Positions 1 to 9,623 of a DNA stretch of 64,000 nt are shown one piece after another; position 1 is the stretch's first letter, and each line of letters starts with the position of its first letter. The position numbers and the translations under genes were made by a program. The DNA comes from Candidatus Helarchaeota archaeon (GTDB lineage: Archaea; Asgardarchaeota; Lokiarchaeia; Helarchaeales; RDOG01). The notes under the pieces are model-generated. The model saw only the letters and a program-made list of their open reading frames with translations. It did not search any database and was not told the origin of the DNA. The stretch lies in NCBI GenBank assembly GCA_019058315.1, contig JAHPZH010000004.1:416001-480000 (forward strand), in the 5' to 3' direction.

Positions 1-603
1 CGTGATAAATATGGTTATCTAACATTACCATTATTAATAGGACTATTTCCATTAGGAGGTTATTCAGCAATTGCCCCATCTCAATTATTTAATGATATGA
101 TTCCTTGGGTGTTATTTACAATGGTATCACTTTGGCAGGCAGGACATATCTTAGCTTATTCTCCTCCACATGGAATAGAGTTAGATGGGAAGACAACTAT
201 TCCTACTTTATTTAAGAGATTAAGTCCTTCAAAAACTCTGCTGATGGCTGGTATTTTAATAACTATCTTAACAATAATGAGTATATATCTCTATTATTTA
301 ATTAATCTAAGCCAGTTTTATCTAATATTGGCAATTATAAGCGGTTCATTTACTTCAATTATGACTTATTACGTATCCATAGAAAAAAATTGCACATTAT
401 CGAATTGTATGAAAGCTACTTTAACAATATCCACTTATGGTGCGGGTCTATTTCTCCTAATTACATTCGAATTATTAATAAGATATTCTTATGATTATTT
501 TCTCATTCTTTTTATCTTGACTACAATCTTGCTTACTTTAAGCATTCCAGCATTTATAGGGACGGGAACACCCTATTTGGAAAATTATGATTATTTAGAT
601 TAA
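1..603 (+). CDS. UbiA-prenyltransferase-like integral membrane protein (5' truncated by window)
   Basis: Frame is open from base 1 (RDKYGYLTLPLLIG...) into the 97..603 ORF; several TM helices; ELDGKTTIPTLF resembles the UbiA second loop (D..G..T.P). Confidence 0.45.
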   Translation, partial: RDKYGYLTLPLLIGLFPLGGYSAIAPSQLFNDMIPWVLFTMVSLWQAGHILAYSPPHGIELDGKTTIPTLFKRLSPSKTLLMAGILITILTIMSIYLYYLINLSQFYLILAIISGSFTSIMTYYVSIEKNCTLSNCMKATLTISTYGAGLFLLITFELLIRYSYDYFLILFILTTILLTLSIPAFIGTGTPYLENYDYLD

Positions 604-678
604 TTGTATCTTTTAAGCAGCCCACCATAACTTACAAGTGTAACTAATGAAATTTTAAAAAAAATTAAAAAAAAGAGT

Positions 679-2328
679 TTAACGTTTCTTAACTTTTTTT
701 GTTTTTACTGGAGTTTTTCTTTGACGAGCAACGACAGAAGACAAAATTATAATAAGTAGTGCTTCTCCCAAGACCATGATGCCCAATACCATTGGGGATA
801 ATAATGTTCTGAGAAAGACATCTATCATTTTTGAGATATCCTCCATAAGCCCTCCGTATTGTCCATGTATAGCCAATGAAATCAAAGTAACCCAATCAAA
901 CGGACTTTCAGGACTTCCAAGTACTCTCTGAGCATAAATATCATCATCATTAATTCCCGTTCTTTCATCATCCCAAGCAATTATTGCACCACCCGCTCCA
1001 TCACTGCAAATTTGAGGGTATTGTTGATCTCCTCCTTTATTGCATATTATAGAACCATTTGCAGTCCATTGTGTCACTCCACTTGCATCTATTTTTTGTG
1101 CGTATATATCATCAGTTGGACCTCTAGGATCCTGCCAAACAATGATTGCACCTCCCGCTCCATCGCTACAGATTTGGTGTTGATCTTGAACTCCTGAAAC
1201 GGTACATATTTCCACTCCATTAGTCGTCCATAGTACGTTTCCTGCTGAACTGATTCTTTGAGCTGTTATATTACCAAAGTCAGATTTCCATGTTATAATT
1301 GCGCCACCTGCACCATCACTACAAATTTTAGGGATTTCATTTAAAACGGCTAAAGTGGATATTTGCACACCATCAGTCGTCCATTGGCCATCACCAGTTG
1401 AATTGATTTTTTGAGCATAAATATGTAATCCAGATCGTGGATCTTGCCAAGTAATGATTGCGCCTCCTGAACCATCACTGATAATCTTTGGAAGATCTTG
1501 ATTAAAAACCGCAGAACATACTACTTTCCCAGTTGCAGTCCATTGTAAATGACCTGTTGAATTTACTCTTTGTGCATGTATATCTATATTTCCATCCATA
1601 GTAATAATAGCACCACCCGCACCATCACTACAAATTTCTGGTCGATAAATATTTGAAGATGATAGGAGTGTACCATCTATAGTCCAGAAGAGGGTACCAT
1701 TTGATAAAATTCTTTGAGCAAAAGAATAGCTGCCATTATCCCAAGTAATAATTGCACCTCCCTCACCGTCACTCATTATTCGTTGATCCTGTTGAGAAAA
1801 AGGTGCCGTAGAAACCAGGAGCCCATTAGCCGTCCATTCCAAAGCTCCATACACATTTACTTTCTGTGCATAAGTATCATAATGAGTCCCACTTCTCCAA
1901 TCCGCCCAAGTGATAATTGCACCACCTGCTCCATCACTACAAATTTGAGGCTCCCATTGAAGAGCTACATCTGTACAAATCGCAAGTCCACCCGTTGCCC
2001 ATGCAACACTGCCATCAGCATGAATTTTTTGTGCGAATATATCATAATTCCCTAATCTATAATCCTGCCATGTAATGATAGCTCCTCCTGCACCATCACT
2101 ACAAATAGCTACAATATCTTGATAACTATTGGCGACAGAGATTGGAGTACCATTATCTGTCCATGCAGTTTGCATATTTTCACTTGAAGATAATTTAGAA
2201 GTTGATTTCATAAGAATATTGTTGGATAACATTGATACTTTGGAATTTGCCAGGGAAATAAATGTAAAGCTAAGAAAAATAACCATAATCAGAATTGCTA
2301 CTTTTTTTTTCATTTTAATAAGATCCAA
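679..2328 (-). CDS. Secreted, membrane-anchored repeat protein (probable beta-propeller)
   Basis: N-terminal KKK + hydrophobic signal; 8 repeats of ICSDGAGGAIITW..AQ; C-terminal TM followed by basic tail. Confidence 0.75.
   Translation of the reverse strand: MDLIKMKKKVAILIMVIFLSFTFISLANSKVSMLSNNILMKSTSKLSSSENMQTAWTDNGTPISVANSYQDIVAICSDGAGGAIITWQDYRLGNYDIFAQKIHADGSVAWATGGLAICTDVALQWEPQICSDGAGGAIITWADWRSGTHYDTYAQKVNVYGALEWTANGLLVSTAPFSQQDQRIMSDGEGGAIITWDNGSYSFAQRILSNGTLFWTIDGTLLSSSNIYRPEICSDGAGGAIITMDGNIDIHAQRVNSTGHLQWTATGKVVCSAVFNQDLPKIISDGSGGAIITWQDPRSGLHIYAQKINSTGDGQWTTDGVQISTLAVLNEIPKICSDGAGGAIITWKSDFGNITAQRISSAGNVLWTTNGVEICTVSGVQDQHQICSDGAGGAIIVWQDPRGPTDDIYAQKIDASGVTQWTANGSIICNKGGDQQYPQICSDGAGGAIIAWDDERTGINDDDIYAQRVLGSPESPFDWVTLISLAIHGQYGGLMEDISKMIDVFLRTLLSPMVLGIMVLGEALLIIILSSVVARQRKTPVKTKKVKKR
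930..2170 (-). repeat. Eight coding tandem repeats of about 50-58 aa (xCSDGAGGAIIxW)
   Basis: Motif counted 8 times in the translation; DNA variants of gcaccacctgctccatcactacaaat recur about every 150-165 nt. Confidence 0.85.
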
Positions 2329-2467
2329 TAAAAAATTATCAAACTAATTATCTACTTATTTAATTTTTTATTTTTTATTCTTTATCAAATATTACAGAAA
2401 TTATATATAGACCTATAAAGATTTAATATTACTAATAATTATTAATCTAACAAATATAAGTAGGAGG

Positions 2468-2917
2468 ATGAAGGTTATGGCTAGTGCTACATATGTAATA
2501 GGATTTATATTTAGTTTTTTAGGATATATTTTTTATATGAATGGAGCATATGTTCTGTCACTTCCTTGTATAATCGTAGGAATTATTTTACTTTGTGCAA
2601 GTTTTGGTAAAAAATCTGAAAAAGATGAATATTCTGAGTCAAGATACGATGTTCAATATGAAGACATCCAGCGAATTGACGAATATAATAATCCCAATCA
2701 TCGATTTTACAAGGCCATTAGAGAAGCGATCGATACTGCTGCTTTTAATTTAGATTCAGATCCAGAAATGGATATAGATTCTCAAATGAGGAGTTTGGGA
2801 ATTGAATCGTATGCAAATTATTGTCCATATTGCCAAGAACAATTATATCTCTTTAAAGATTTTCTGGTTTATTGTTTGAATTGTAAATTATTTATCTCGG
2901 AATTGAAATATCAATAA
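2468..2917 (+). CDS. Small membrane protein with C-terminal zinc ribbon
   Basis: Two N-terminal TM helices; CPYC-x13-CLNC at C-terminus; GGAGG upstream. Confidence 0.6.
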   Translation: MKVMASATYVIGFIFSFLGYIFYMNGAYVLSLPCIIVGIILLCASFGKKSEKDEYSESRYDVQYEDIQRIDEYNNPNHRFYKAIREAIDTAAFNLDSDPEMDIDSQMRSLGIESYANYCPYCQEQLYLFKDFLVYCLNCKLFISELKYQ

Positions 2918-3064
2918 TTAGACTATTTAATCATACCTTTTTTTTTAATATTTAGATTAATTTTTTAATAGAATTAATATATAATATCGAACATCGACAG
3001 AATATTTTTTATTATTTTTTAATAAATGTAATATAATTAGGATAAAATATTTGGAGTTTAAAAA

Positions 3065-4246
3065 TTGTCTGACATTAGTTCTCTTGAAAAATATCTCCCA
3101 GAATTGGTCCACTGTATGAAATGTCATATTTGCTATTCAGCAAATTGGCAAAAACTCGATGATTGGCGAATTTTATGCCCACAAGCTGCTAAATTTGGTT
3201 ATGAATCTTATTATGCTGCTGGTAAAATGGAGCTTGCTCGAGCATTTCTTGAGGGTAGAATTAAAGAACCAACACCACGCTTACTTGAAGTTCTTTATAC
3301 TTGTACTGGATGTGGTGGATGTAGAGAGCAATGTACCGAATTATCTGGGCTTAAGATAGATCATGTAGATTTATATGAAAAAATGAAGGCTTATATTGTT
3401 TCAAAAGGTTGGGGACCTCTAGAAAAGCATAAAAAATTTAGTCAAAGTGTTGCAGAAAATCATAATCCATATGTTGAACCTCATAAAAATCGTTTTGATT
3501 GGATGCCAAAGGATGTTAAACCTTCATCTGGTGAAGAAATTGTATATTTTGTAGGATGCACCTCTTCATATCGACAACAAAAGATAGCACAAGCTACTGT
3601 AAAGGTATTAAAAGCAGCAAACATTCCTTTTAGCATAATGGGTCAAGAAGAATGGTGTTGCGGTTCCCCGCTAATTAGAACCGGTCAATTGGATATTGTA
3701 AACAATCTAGCTTCTCATAATATCGAAACTCTGAAATCTATGGGTGCCAAAACGGTTATTTTTTCATGTGCCGGATGTTATAGAACATTCAAAGAAGATT
3801 ATCCAAAATTAGGTTTTGAACTTCCTTTTAAACCTCGCCATACAACGCAATTCTTCTTAAATCTTATTCGAGATAATAAATTAAAGCTTAAATCACTTCC
3901 CAAAGAATTAACTTACCATGATCCTTGTCATTTAGGACGGCATGCTAAAGTCTATAAGCAACCAAGAAGAATTTTAAAAGCTCTAAAGGTTAACTATCAT
4001 GAAATGCCACGAAACACAACCGATGCTTTTTGTTGTGGAGCTGGAAGCGGTGTTCGGGCTGCCTATCCTGAATATTCAAAATGGGTTTGCAAAGAACGTT
4101 TAGATGAAGTTAAGGAAGTTGGTGCTTCAGTATTGGCCTCAGCATGTCCTTTTTGCAAAAACAATTTCGTTGAAACCTTAAAAGACTTTCCTGACCTTAA
4201 AATTGATGTAGTTGATATTAGTGAACTTTTAGAAGAAGCTCTATAG
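3065..4246 (+). CDS. (Fe-S)-binding CCG-domain protein (HdrD/GlcF-like)
   Basis: CMKCHIC and CTGCGGC ferredoxin motifs; two CCG domains (WCCGSP, YHDPCHLGR..FCCGAGSG..ACPFC). Confidence 0.9.
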   Translation: MSDISSLEKYLPELVHCMKCHICYSANWQKLDDWRILCPQAAKFGYESYYAAGKMELARAFLEGRIKEPTPRLLEVLYTCTGCGGCREQCTELSGLKIDHVDLYEKMKAYIVSKGWGPLEKHKKFSQSVAENHNPYVEPHKNRFDWMPKDVKPSSGEEIVYFVGCTSSYRQQKIAQATVKVLKAANIPFSIMGQEEWCCGSPLIRTGQLDIVNNLASHNIETLKSMGAKTVIFSCAGCYRTFKEDYPKLGFELPFKPRHTTQFFLNLIRDNKLKLKSLPKELTYHDPCHLGRHAKVYKQPRRILKALKVNYHEMPRNTTDAFCCGAGSGVRAAYPEYSKWVCKERLDEVKEVGASVLASACPFCKNNFVETLKDFPDLKIDVVDISELLEEAL

Positions 4247-4358
4247 GAGATTTTCCAAATTATAAATGAATTAAATAGAATATTAAAAAATAAAATGGAG
4301 TATTATAATATTTAAATTAGATAAATTAAAAAAGATATGAATTTGAGAGGTAAAGAAA

Positions 4359-5774
4359 ATGGCTGTACTTGATACCAGTACTTTGGAAACAGAAATAGCT
4401 AAAATTGTGGGTAAAGAGAATGTATCTACTGATTTTGTTGATTTAATTGCTCACGAAAGGGATGATCAATTTGCAACTGTTCCACCACACCTTCCAGATT
4501 TTATTGTAAGACCTGCTAATAAGGCTGAAATTCAGGAAGTTATTAGATTCGCTAATGAAAATAAAATTCCAATTGTTCCATATGGATCAGGCATAAATAG
4601 GAAAGGATTATGTATTGCTCAAAAAGGTGGAATTATCTTAGATTTACGACGAATGAGAAAAATTGAAGTAGATGAAAAAATGATGGTTGCTAAAATAGGT
4701 CCAGGTGTAAATTTTGTTGAAATGGTAACAGCTCTTAATAAATATCCACATCTAAGATGTCTTGCTCCTGATGCTCCTGCTACTGCATCGGTTCTAGCAA
4801 ATTACATGTTAAGAGGAATTTATCCAACGGCGACTCGTTATGGAATAGACCATCTAATTACGATGGAAATCGTGCTTCCAAATGGTGAAATATTGGATAC
4901 TGGCTCAGCAGCAACCCCCGGTTCCCCAGGACCGTATTGTGGTATTGTAAATGGTCCTGATTTAACGAAATTATTCCAAGCAAACGTTGGAACTATGGGA
5001 GTAATTACGGAAGGACGAATCCGACTTTATCCCATGCCGGAAAAGATTGTACCTTTGACTATTAGGTACAAAGATTTCAAATCTATGATTGAACCTGCAA
5101 CCCAATTTGCTTACAAAAATTTAGTAGCAGGGATTTGGGTAATGACTTTTGACCCGGAAGCCATTTCGACTTTTATGGACATGCGTGGGGCGGATGAAGA
5201 AGTGTTTATGTCATTGGTTTTTCTGGAAGGCACCGAGGAAGAAGTGCAAAAACATAAAGAACAAGTCGTAAAAATTGCTGCAGCTTCAAATGGTGATACC
5301 ATGGATTTACCAGATTTTATGGCAAAAGAATTTGTACAAGACCATCGTTATATGCGTTCTTTTATAAGAGGATGGCGTAAAGGAAATCTTTGGGGTTGTT
5401 CCGTCTATGCTCCTATGACAAATGTTGTAAAAATGTATGAAGATTCAAAGAAATTATGTAAAAAAAATAATTTAGAGGGACGTCTACATTTTGAGGCCAT
5501 TCCAGTTCATCCTTTTCATAACGGACAGCTCACATATGTTGATCCATGCGTAATGTGGGATGGTGGAAAACCTGAAGAAGTTGAAAATATTCGCCAACTA
5601 TCTGCAGATATTCGTAAAGCATTTTTAGACATTGGGATTTATGGTTTTTTCAGAGCTTTTCCTGGAACAATTAATTCCCACGAACTTGGTATGTACGGAG
5701 AAATATGGAGGAAAATTAAGAAATTAATAGACCCAAACAATATAATGAATCCTGGAAACCCACCTTTACACTAA
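4359..5774 (+). CDS. FAD-binding oxidoreductase (GlcD/D-lactate dehydrogenase family)
   Basis: PDFIVRP..IPIVPYGSG FAD-binding PCMH motif, GTMGVITE, C-terminal KKLIDPNNIMNPG; adjacent to a CCG partner. Confidence 0.88.
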   Translation: MAVLDTSTLETEIAKIVGKENVSTDFVDLIAHERDDQFATVPPHLPDFIVRPANKAEIQEVIRFANENKIPIVPYGSGINRKGLCIAQKGGIILDLRRMRKIEVDEKMMVAKIGPGVNFVEMVTALNKYPHLRCLAPDAPATASVLANYMLRGIYPTATRYGIDHLITMEIVLPNGEILDTGSAATPGSPGPYCGIVNGPDLTKLFQANVGTMGVITEGRIRLYPMPEKIVPLTIRYKDFKSMIEPATQFAYKNLVAGIWVMTFDPEAISTFMDMRGADEEVFMSLVFLEGTEEEVQKHKEQVVKIAAASNGDTMDLPDFMAKEFVQDHRYMRSFIRGWRKGNLWGCSVYAPMTNVVKMYEDSKKLCKKNNLEGRLHFEAIPVHPFHNGQLTYVDPCVMWDGGKPEEVENIRQLSADIRKAFLDIGIYGFFRAFPGTINSHELGMYGEIWRKIKKLIDPNNIMNPGNPPLH

Positions 5775-5853
5775 TCGACGTGTCAAGATATAAAATTTTT
5801 TTATTTTTTAATTTTTTTATTGCATCTAAGAAAATTAAAAGTTAAGTGGGGAA

Positions 5854-6126
5854 TTAACCACCGCCTATTGCTTGTAGTAAAGTAATTTCATCCCCATCTT
5901 TAGGGATTAGTGAAAATCCCCCAGGAAAATCAATTCTATTACCGTTTAATAATAGTATTGGATTACTTCGTCCTTCTACAAATACACGATAAATGTCATT
6001 CTTGATTTTTTTTCCAATTTTTTTAAATATATTTTTTAATGTCTCATCATTTTTGATCTTTAGATCAATAGATTTCTTGATGAAATTTCTATTAAAAACT
6101 CCATTAATGTTAACTTTAATGTTCAA
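5854..6126 (-). CDS. moaD: MoaD/ThiS family ubiquitin-like sulfur carrier
   Basis: 90 aa; LLNG..DGDEITLLQAIGGG C-terminus; directly downstream of AOR. Confidence 0.85.
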   Translation of the reverse strand: MNIKVNINGVFNRNFIKKSIDLKIKNDETLKNIFKKIGKKIKNDIYRVFVEGRSNPILLLNGNRIDFPGGFSLIPKDGDEITLLQAIGGG

Positions 6127-6137
6127 GTTTATTCCTT

Positions 6138-8111
6138 TTAGTATAATTCATCAGCTATATGACTTAGTCCCAAACTTTGTAACTTCTTTAAAGATGGTTT
6201 ACCATCGACTGGATTCCAATCGGCGGTTTTGTAGAACTCTTTTACTAAAGTATCTAAATCAATTGTTTTTCCAGCAAGTGGTCCATGTTTTAATGGAGGT
6301 ATTCCTTTAACCCTATCGGGTAGTTTGAAGTCTGAAGGTTTAATACCTTCTCTAACATTAAATAATTGTCTTAAAACTTGAACACGCTCTCCTGTTTTCA
6401 GTAAATCATCAGTAGATAATTTCCAACCAGTAACTACTTCCATAATTTCGGGTAAGGGGATGTCTCCGAACATTCCAGAGAATTGACAAATTCCAATACA
6501 ATTTAATAACGCTATAGCATTGCTTAATATCAAATGTGACTCTCCTTTTCCCGTGTATTCATATTTTTTAACTTTTGGAAATTTTATATCTTTCAATGGA
6601 ACTAAATCCATTCCAAACTCAAGGAAGCCAGCTCCTCCAGCAGTATGTCTACCGGGTGTTGGATCTGTAATGTAAGTTGTTCCAAAACTTGGATTTAATC
6701 TAGGATCATGCATTGGAAGTTCTTGACCACCTACATGCATAGCATATTGCTCTGAACCTCTTCCAATTTTTTCTGCTGCTATTTTAACTCCATCTGCAAG
6801 AATATCACCAAAACCTTCGCGTTTGGCTATTTTCTCGGTCATTGTTATAATTGCTTCAGCATTTCCCCATGTAAGGTCAATACCATCAATATCCTCTTTT
6901 GACAATATGTTATTTTCGATACATTCCATCGTAAAAGCAATTGCAGATCCTACAGAAATAGTATCTAATCCATAACTATCACAAATCTCGTTAGCTTTGA
7001 TTATAGAATCTATATTGTCATTTAATAGCATAGTTCCAAATGCCGCTAATGTTTCATATTCTGGTCGATGTGTTTCTTCTCCGGCAAATGGTCCATCTGG
7101 TATTTTAACTACTGCTCCACATCTTAAAGGACAAGCTTGGCACCCATAAGCCCTTATTTTATGTTTGACAACATAATCATCACTAATTTTGAAAGAATGT
7201 TTTTTCATTGAAAAATCATGTGAACCTGCTGCACCCCAATTCCTACATGGGGAATCCCCCATTTCTGAAGATACGGAAGTTGACATGGTAGTTCCATATT
7301 TACGAAAACCATCTACTACTGTTCCAACATCTGGCATTGTAAAAACACCTTGCCTTAAAAGCCAAGGTAAAATAGGATTTATTAACCACATCATGAATTT
7401 CATTATACGAGAAGGTTTCTTTTTCAAAGGTTTTAACCAATCTTTTTTGAGCTCACTTAGTCTTTCCGGATCGAAAATTTTTACCTCATTAGTACCTCTA
7501 ACTGCTACTGCTTTCAATTTTTTTGATCCCATAAGAGCTCCTAGTCCACTTCTGGCTGCAGCTCTCCCATGATCAGTCATAACAGCTGAAATTAAAGATA
7601 ATTTTTCTCCTGCAGGACCTATACTTGCAGACTTTACTAACTCATCACCTAATTCATTCTTAAGCATTTTATCAGTTATTCCAGTATCTTTTCCCCATAG
7701 TTTATCAGCATCACGAATTTCTATTTCATCATCTTTAATCCATAAATATACTGGTTTTTCTGAGATATTTTTTATAAAAACGGCATCATATCCAGCTTTT
7801 TTTAATTCTGTACCGAAATAACCTCCTGAATTAGCGTCTCCCCAAGTTTTAGTCAAGGGCGATTTGCCGACAACAGAATATCTTCCAGAAAAGGGAACAT
7901 TAGTACCATTAAATAGACCTGTAATTAGTCCAAATATATTTTCAGAACCTAAAGGATCAACGCCTGGTCTCTGATTGTCGTAAAGATATCTTACACCTGT
8001 CCCAGTTCCACCAAAATAATTTAGGTAAATTTTTTCTTCTGGTTTCTCAATTTTAATATCTTTACTCGCAAGATCAATAATTAGGATTTTTCCCTTATAT
8101 CCATTTGGCAT
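6138..8111 (-). CDS. aor: Aldehyde:ferredoxin oxidoreductase family (tungsten enzyme)
   Basis: GYKGKILIIDL, KSPLT..NSGG, AAARSGLGALMGSKKLKA, CQACPLRC, PEYET, CDSYGLDTIS, HDPR. Confidence 0.93.
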   Translation of the reverse strand: MPNGYKGKILIIDLASKDIKIEKPEEKIYLNYFGGTGTGVRYLYDNQRPGVDPLGSENIFGLITGLFNGTNVPFSGRYSVVGKSPLTKTWGDANSGGYFGTELKKAGYDAVFIKNISEKPVYLWIKDDEIEIRDADKLWGKDTGITDKMLKNELGDELVKSASIGPAGEKLSLISAVMTDHGRAAARSGLGALMGSKKLKAVAVRGTNEVKIFDPERLSELKKDWLKPLKKKPSRIMKFMMWLINPILPWLLRQGVFTMPDVGTVVDGFRKYGTTMSTSVSSEMGDSPCRNWGAAGSHDFSMKKHSFKISDDYVVKHKIRAYGCQACPLRCGAVVKIPDGPFAGEETHRPEYETLAAFGTMLLNDNIDSIIKANEICDSYGLDTISVGSAIAFTMECIENNILSKEDIDGIDLTWGNAEAIITMTEKIAKREGFGDILADGVKIAAEKIGRGSEQYAMHVGGQELPMHDPRLNPSFGTTYITDPTPGRHTAGGAGFLEFGMDLVPLKDIKFPKVKKYEYTGKGESHLILSNAIALLNCIGICQFSGMFGDIPLPEIMEVVTGWKLSTDDLLKTGERVQVLRQLFNVREGIKPSDFKLPDRVKGIPPLKHGPLAGKTIDLDTLVKEFYKTADWNPVDGKPSLKKLQSLGLSHIADELY

Positions 8112-8319
8112 AATTTTTCACCTTCAATATAACGAAGAAAAATTTTTTTAAAATTTATCGTTTTCTACATTTAGATTAAGTAGATAAGCTATTTTTCGAC
8201 CTTATTTTCGTTTTTTCTTCCTTTTTTTATATGTATTTCTCTTCATGCTCCCTCAAGAATTATTCAATTTTCTATTATTTTCTGTAAAATAGTTTTATGG
8301 TGATACAAAATATTTAAAT

Positions 8320-8354
8320 AGTAGATTTCTACAGAGATAGTGTAGATATCTACA
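8320..8354. promoter_or_regulatory. Tandem palindromic operator-like sites (AGTAGATTTCTACA at 8320-8333; TGTAGATATCTACA at 8341-8354)
   Basis: Perfect 14-bp palindrome plus a near-copy 21 bp upstream, in the divergent aor/V4R intergenic region; same palindrome recurs at 14568. Confidence 0.6.
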
Positions 8355-8434
8355 AAAGAATTTAGTAATGTTTAGCAATAAAAGAACAATCTATCAATTT
8401 TTATTATATAATATGAAATATAGAGAGGATTTAG

Positions 8435-8950
8435 ATGCAAATGGCTGAAACTGACTCATTTAATAGTGAAGAATTGATAAAAATGAGTTTTTTATCAGGT
8501 GTTATTACCGATTTTTATATTCAGTTAGTTCCAAAGTTAATGGAAAAGTATAAAGATGAGCAAAAAGTAGCTGATATCTTGAAAACCTTTGGTAGCCGAT
8601 TGATAATAAGATTTCAGAATTATTGGACCCCTAAAAGCAATGGAATCAAGAGGATAATAGAAGAAACTTATAGGATAATCATGAGAAGAAGGTTAAGAAG
8701 AGTTATTGAGGAAGAAAAAGGTAAGAAATGGATTATGGTGGATTCTGATTGTATATTGTGCGGAAAAGGATCTAAAAAATTTAAAAATTTACATTATTGC
8801 ACACTCTTTACTGGTATAATTGAAGGAGGCATTAATCATTTAAGAGAGAAAAAGGGATTTGAATATCTTCCTAAAATAAAGGCAGAAACTATTGCATCAA
8901 AATCCCATGGGGATAAAGTATGTAAACACGTAATTACTGTGGTGGAATAA
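8435..8950 (+). CDS. V4R/Bet3(TRAPP)-like domain protein
   Basis: DCILC..HYCTLFTGIIEG..GDKVCKHVI V4R Cys pattern. Confidence 0.65.
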   Translation: MQMAETDSFNSEELIKMSFLSGVITDFYIQLVPKLMEKYKDEQKVADILKTFGSRLIIRFQNYWTPKSNGIKRIIEETYRIIMRRRLRRVIEEEKGKKWIMVDSDCILCGKGSKKFKNLHYCTLFTGIIEGGINHLREKKGFEYLPKIKAETIASKSHGDKVCKHVITVVE

Positions 8951-8952
8951 AA

Positions 8953-9582
8953 ATGCTTAGATATATTGAACGAGGATTTAAAGACGTTTTAGGCGGACTT
9001 GGTAAAAGATTTGTTAGACGAACGGAGAAAAAAATGAACACATTATTTCTGAGTATAATTATTTTAGAGTATACTCGAGTTTTGGTAGAATATCTATTTG
9101 ATGGAAATTTAGAAGCTGCTTTGGAAGATTTTTATGATACGGGTAGAATTACTGGAAAAGGAATTACAGATGATCATTTAGATACAGCAAGATATATTCT
9201 ATCAAAATCATTAGAGGATACTCCTCGGATGGCTAAAATTTTTTGGTATATTGCGATGGGCGAAGATGTGCCCAATAGAAATATTCGCTTCGTTCCAAAA
9301 GGGAAAGAAGGTAATGAATATGACATGCTTACTTGGACTTTTGACAAGTGTATTTTCTGTGCAATGTCAACTGAAGAAAAGGATATAATGATCAATAAAG
9401 AGACGATGGGAAATCAGACATGGGGTGGTCAATGTGCAGGAATATTTGAATCTATAATGCAAGCAGTCCAAGACTATATGGGGAATAATTACGAAATAAA
9501 AGTAAAAGAAACAAAATGTATTATGAGGGGCGACCCTAATAATGAATATGAGATGTTTTTCATTCCAAGAGAAATAGAATAA
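8953..9582 (+). CDS. V4R domain protein
   Basis: KCIFC..AGIFES..VKETKCIMRGD V4R pattern; starts 2 nt after the previous gene. Confidence 0.7.
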   Translation: MLRYIERGFKDVLGGLGKRFVRRTEKKMNTLFLSIIILEYTRVLVEYLFDGNLEAALEDFYDTGRITGKGITDDHLDTARYILSKSLEDTPRMAKIFWYIAMGEDVPNRNIRFVPKGKEGNEYDMLTWTFDKCIFCAMSTEEKDIMINKETMGNQTWGGQCAGIFESIMQAVQDYMGNNYEIKVKETKCIMRGDPNNEYEMFFIPREIE

Positions 9583-9623
9583 CTATTTTACCTTTATAGC
9601 TGAATCGTTTGAAGTAAAGATTG

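Noticed and set aside
8202-8246. 14-aa basic ORF MKRNTYKKRKKKRK (minus strand) with GAGGGAG upstream
   Set aside because: Lys-rich micro-ORFs arise readily from A-tracts at this base composition; no other support.
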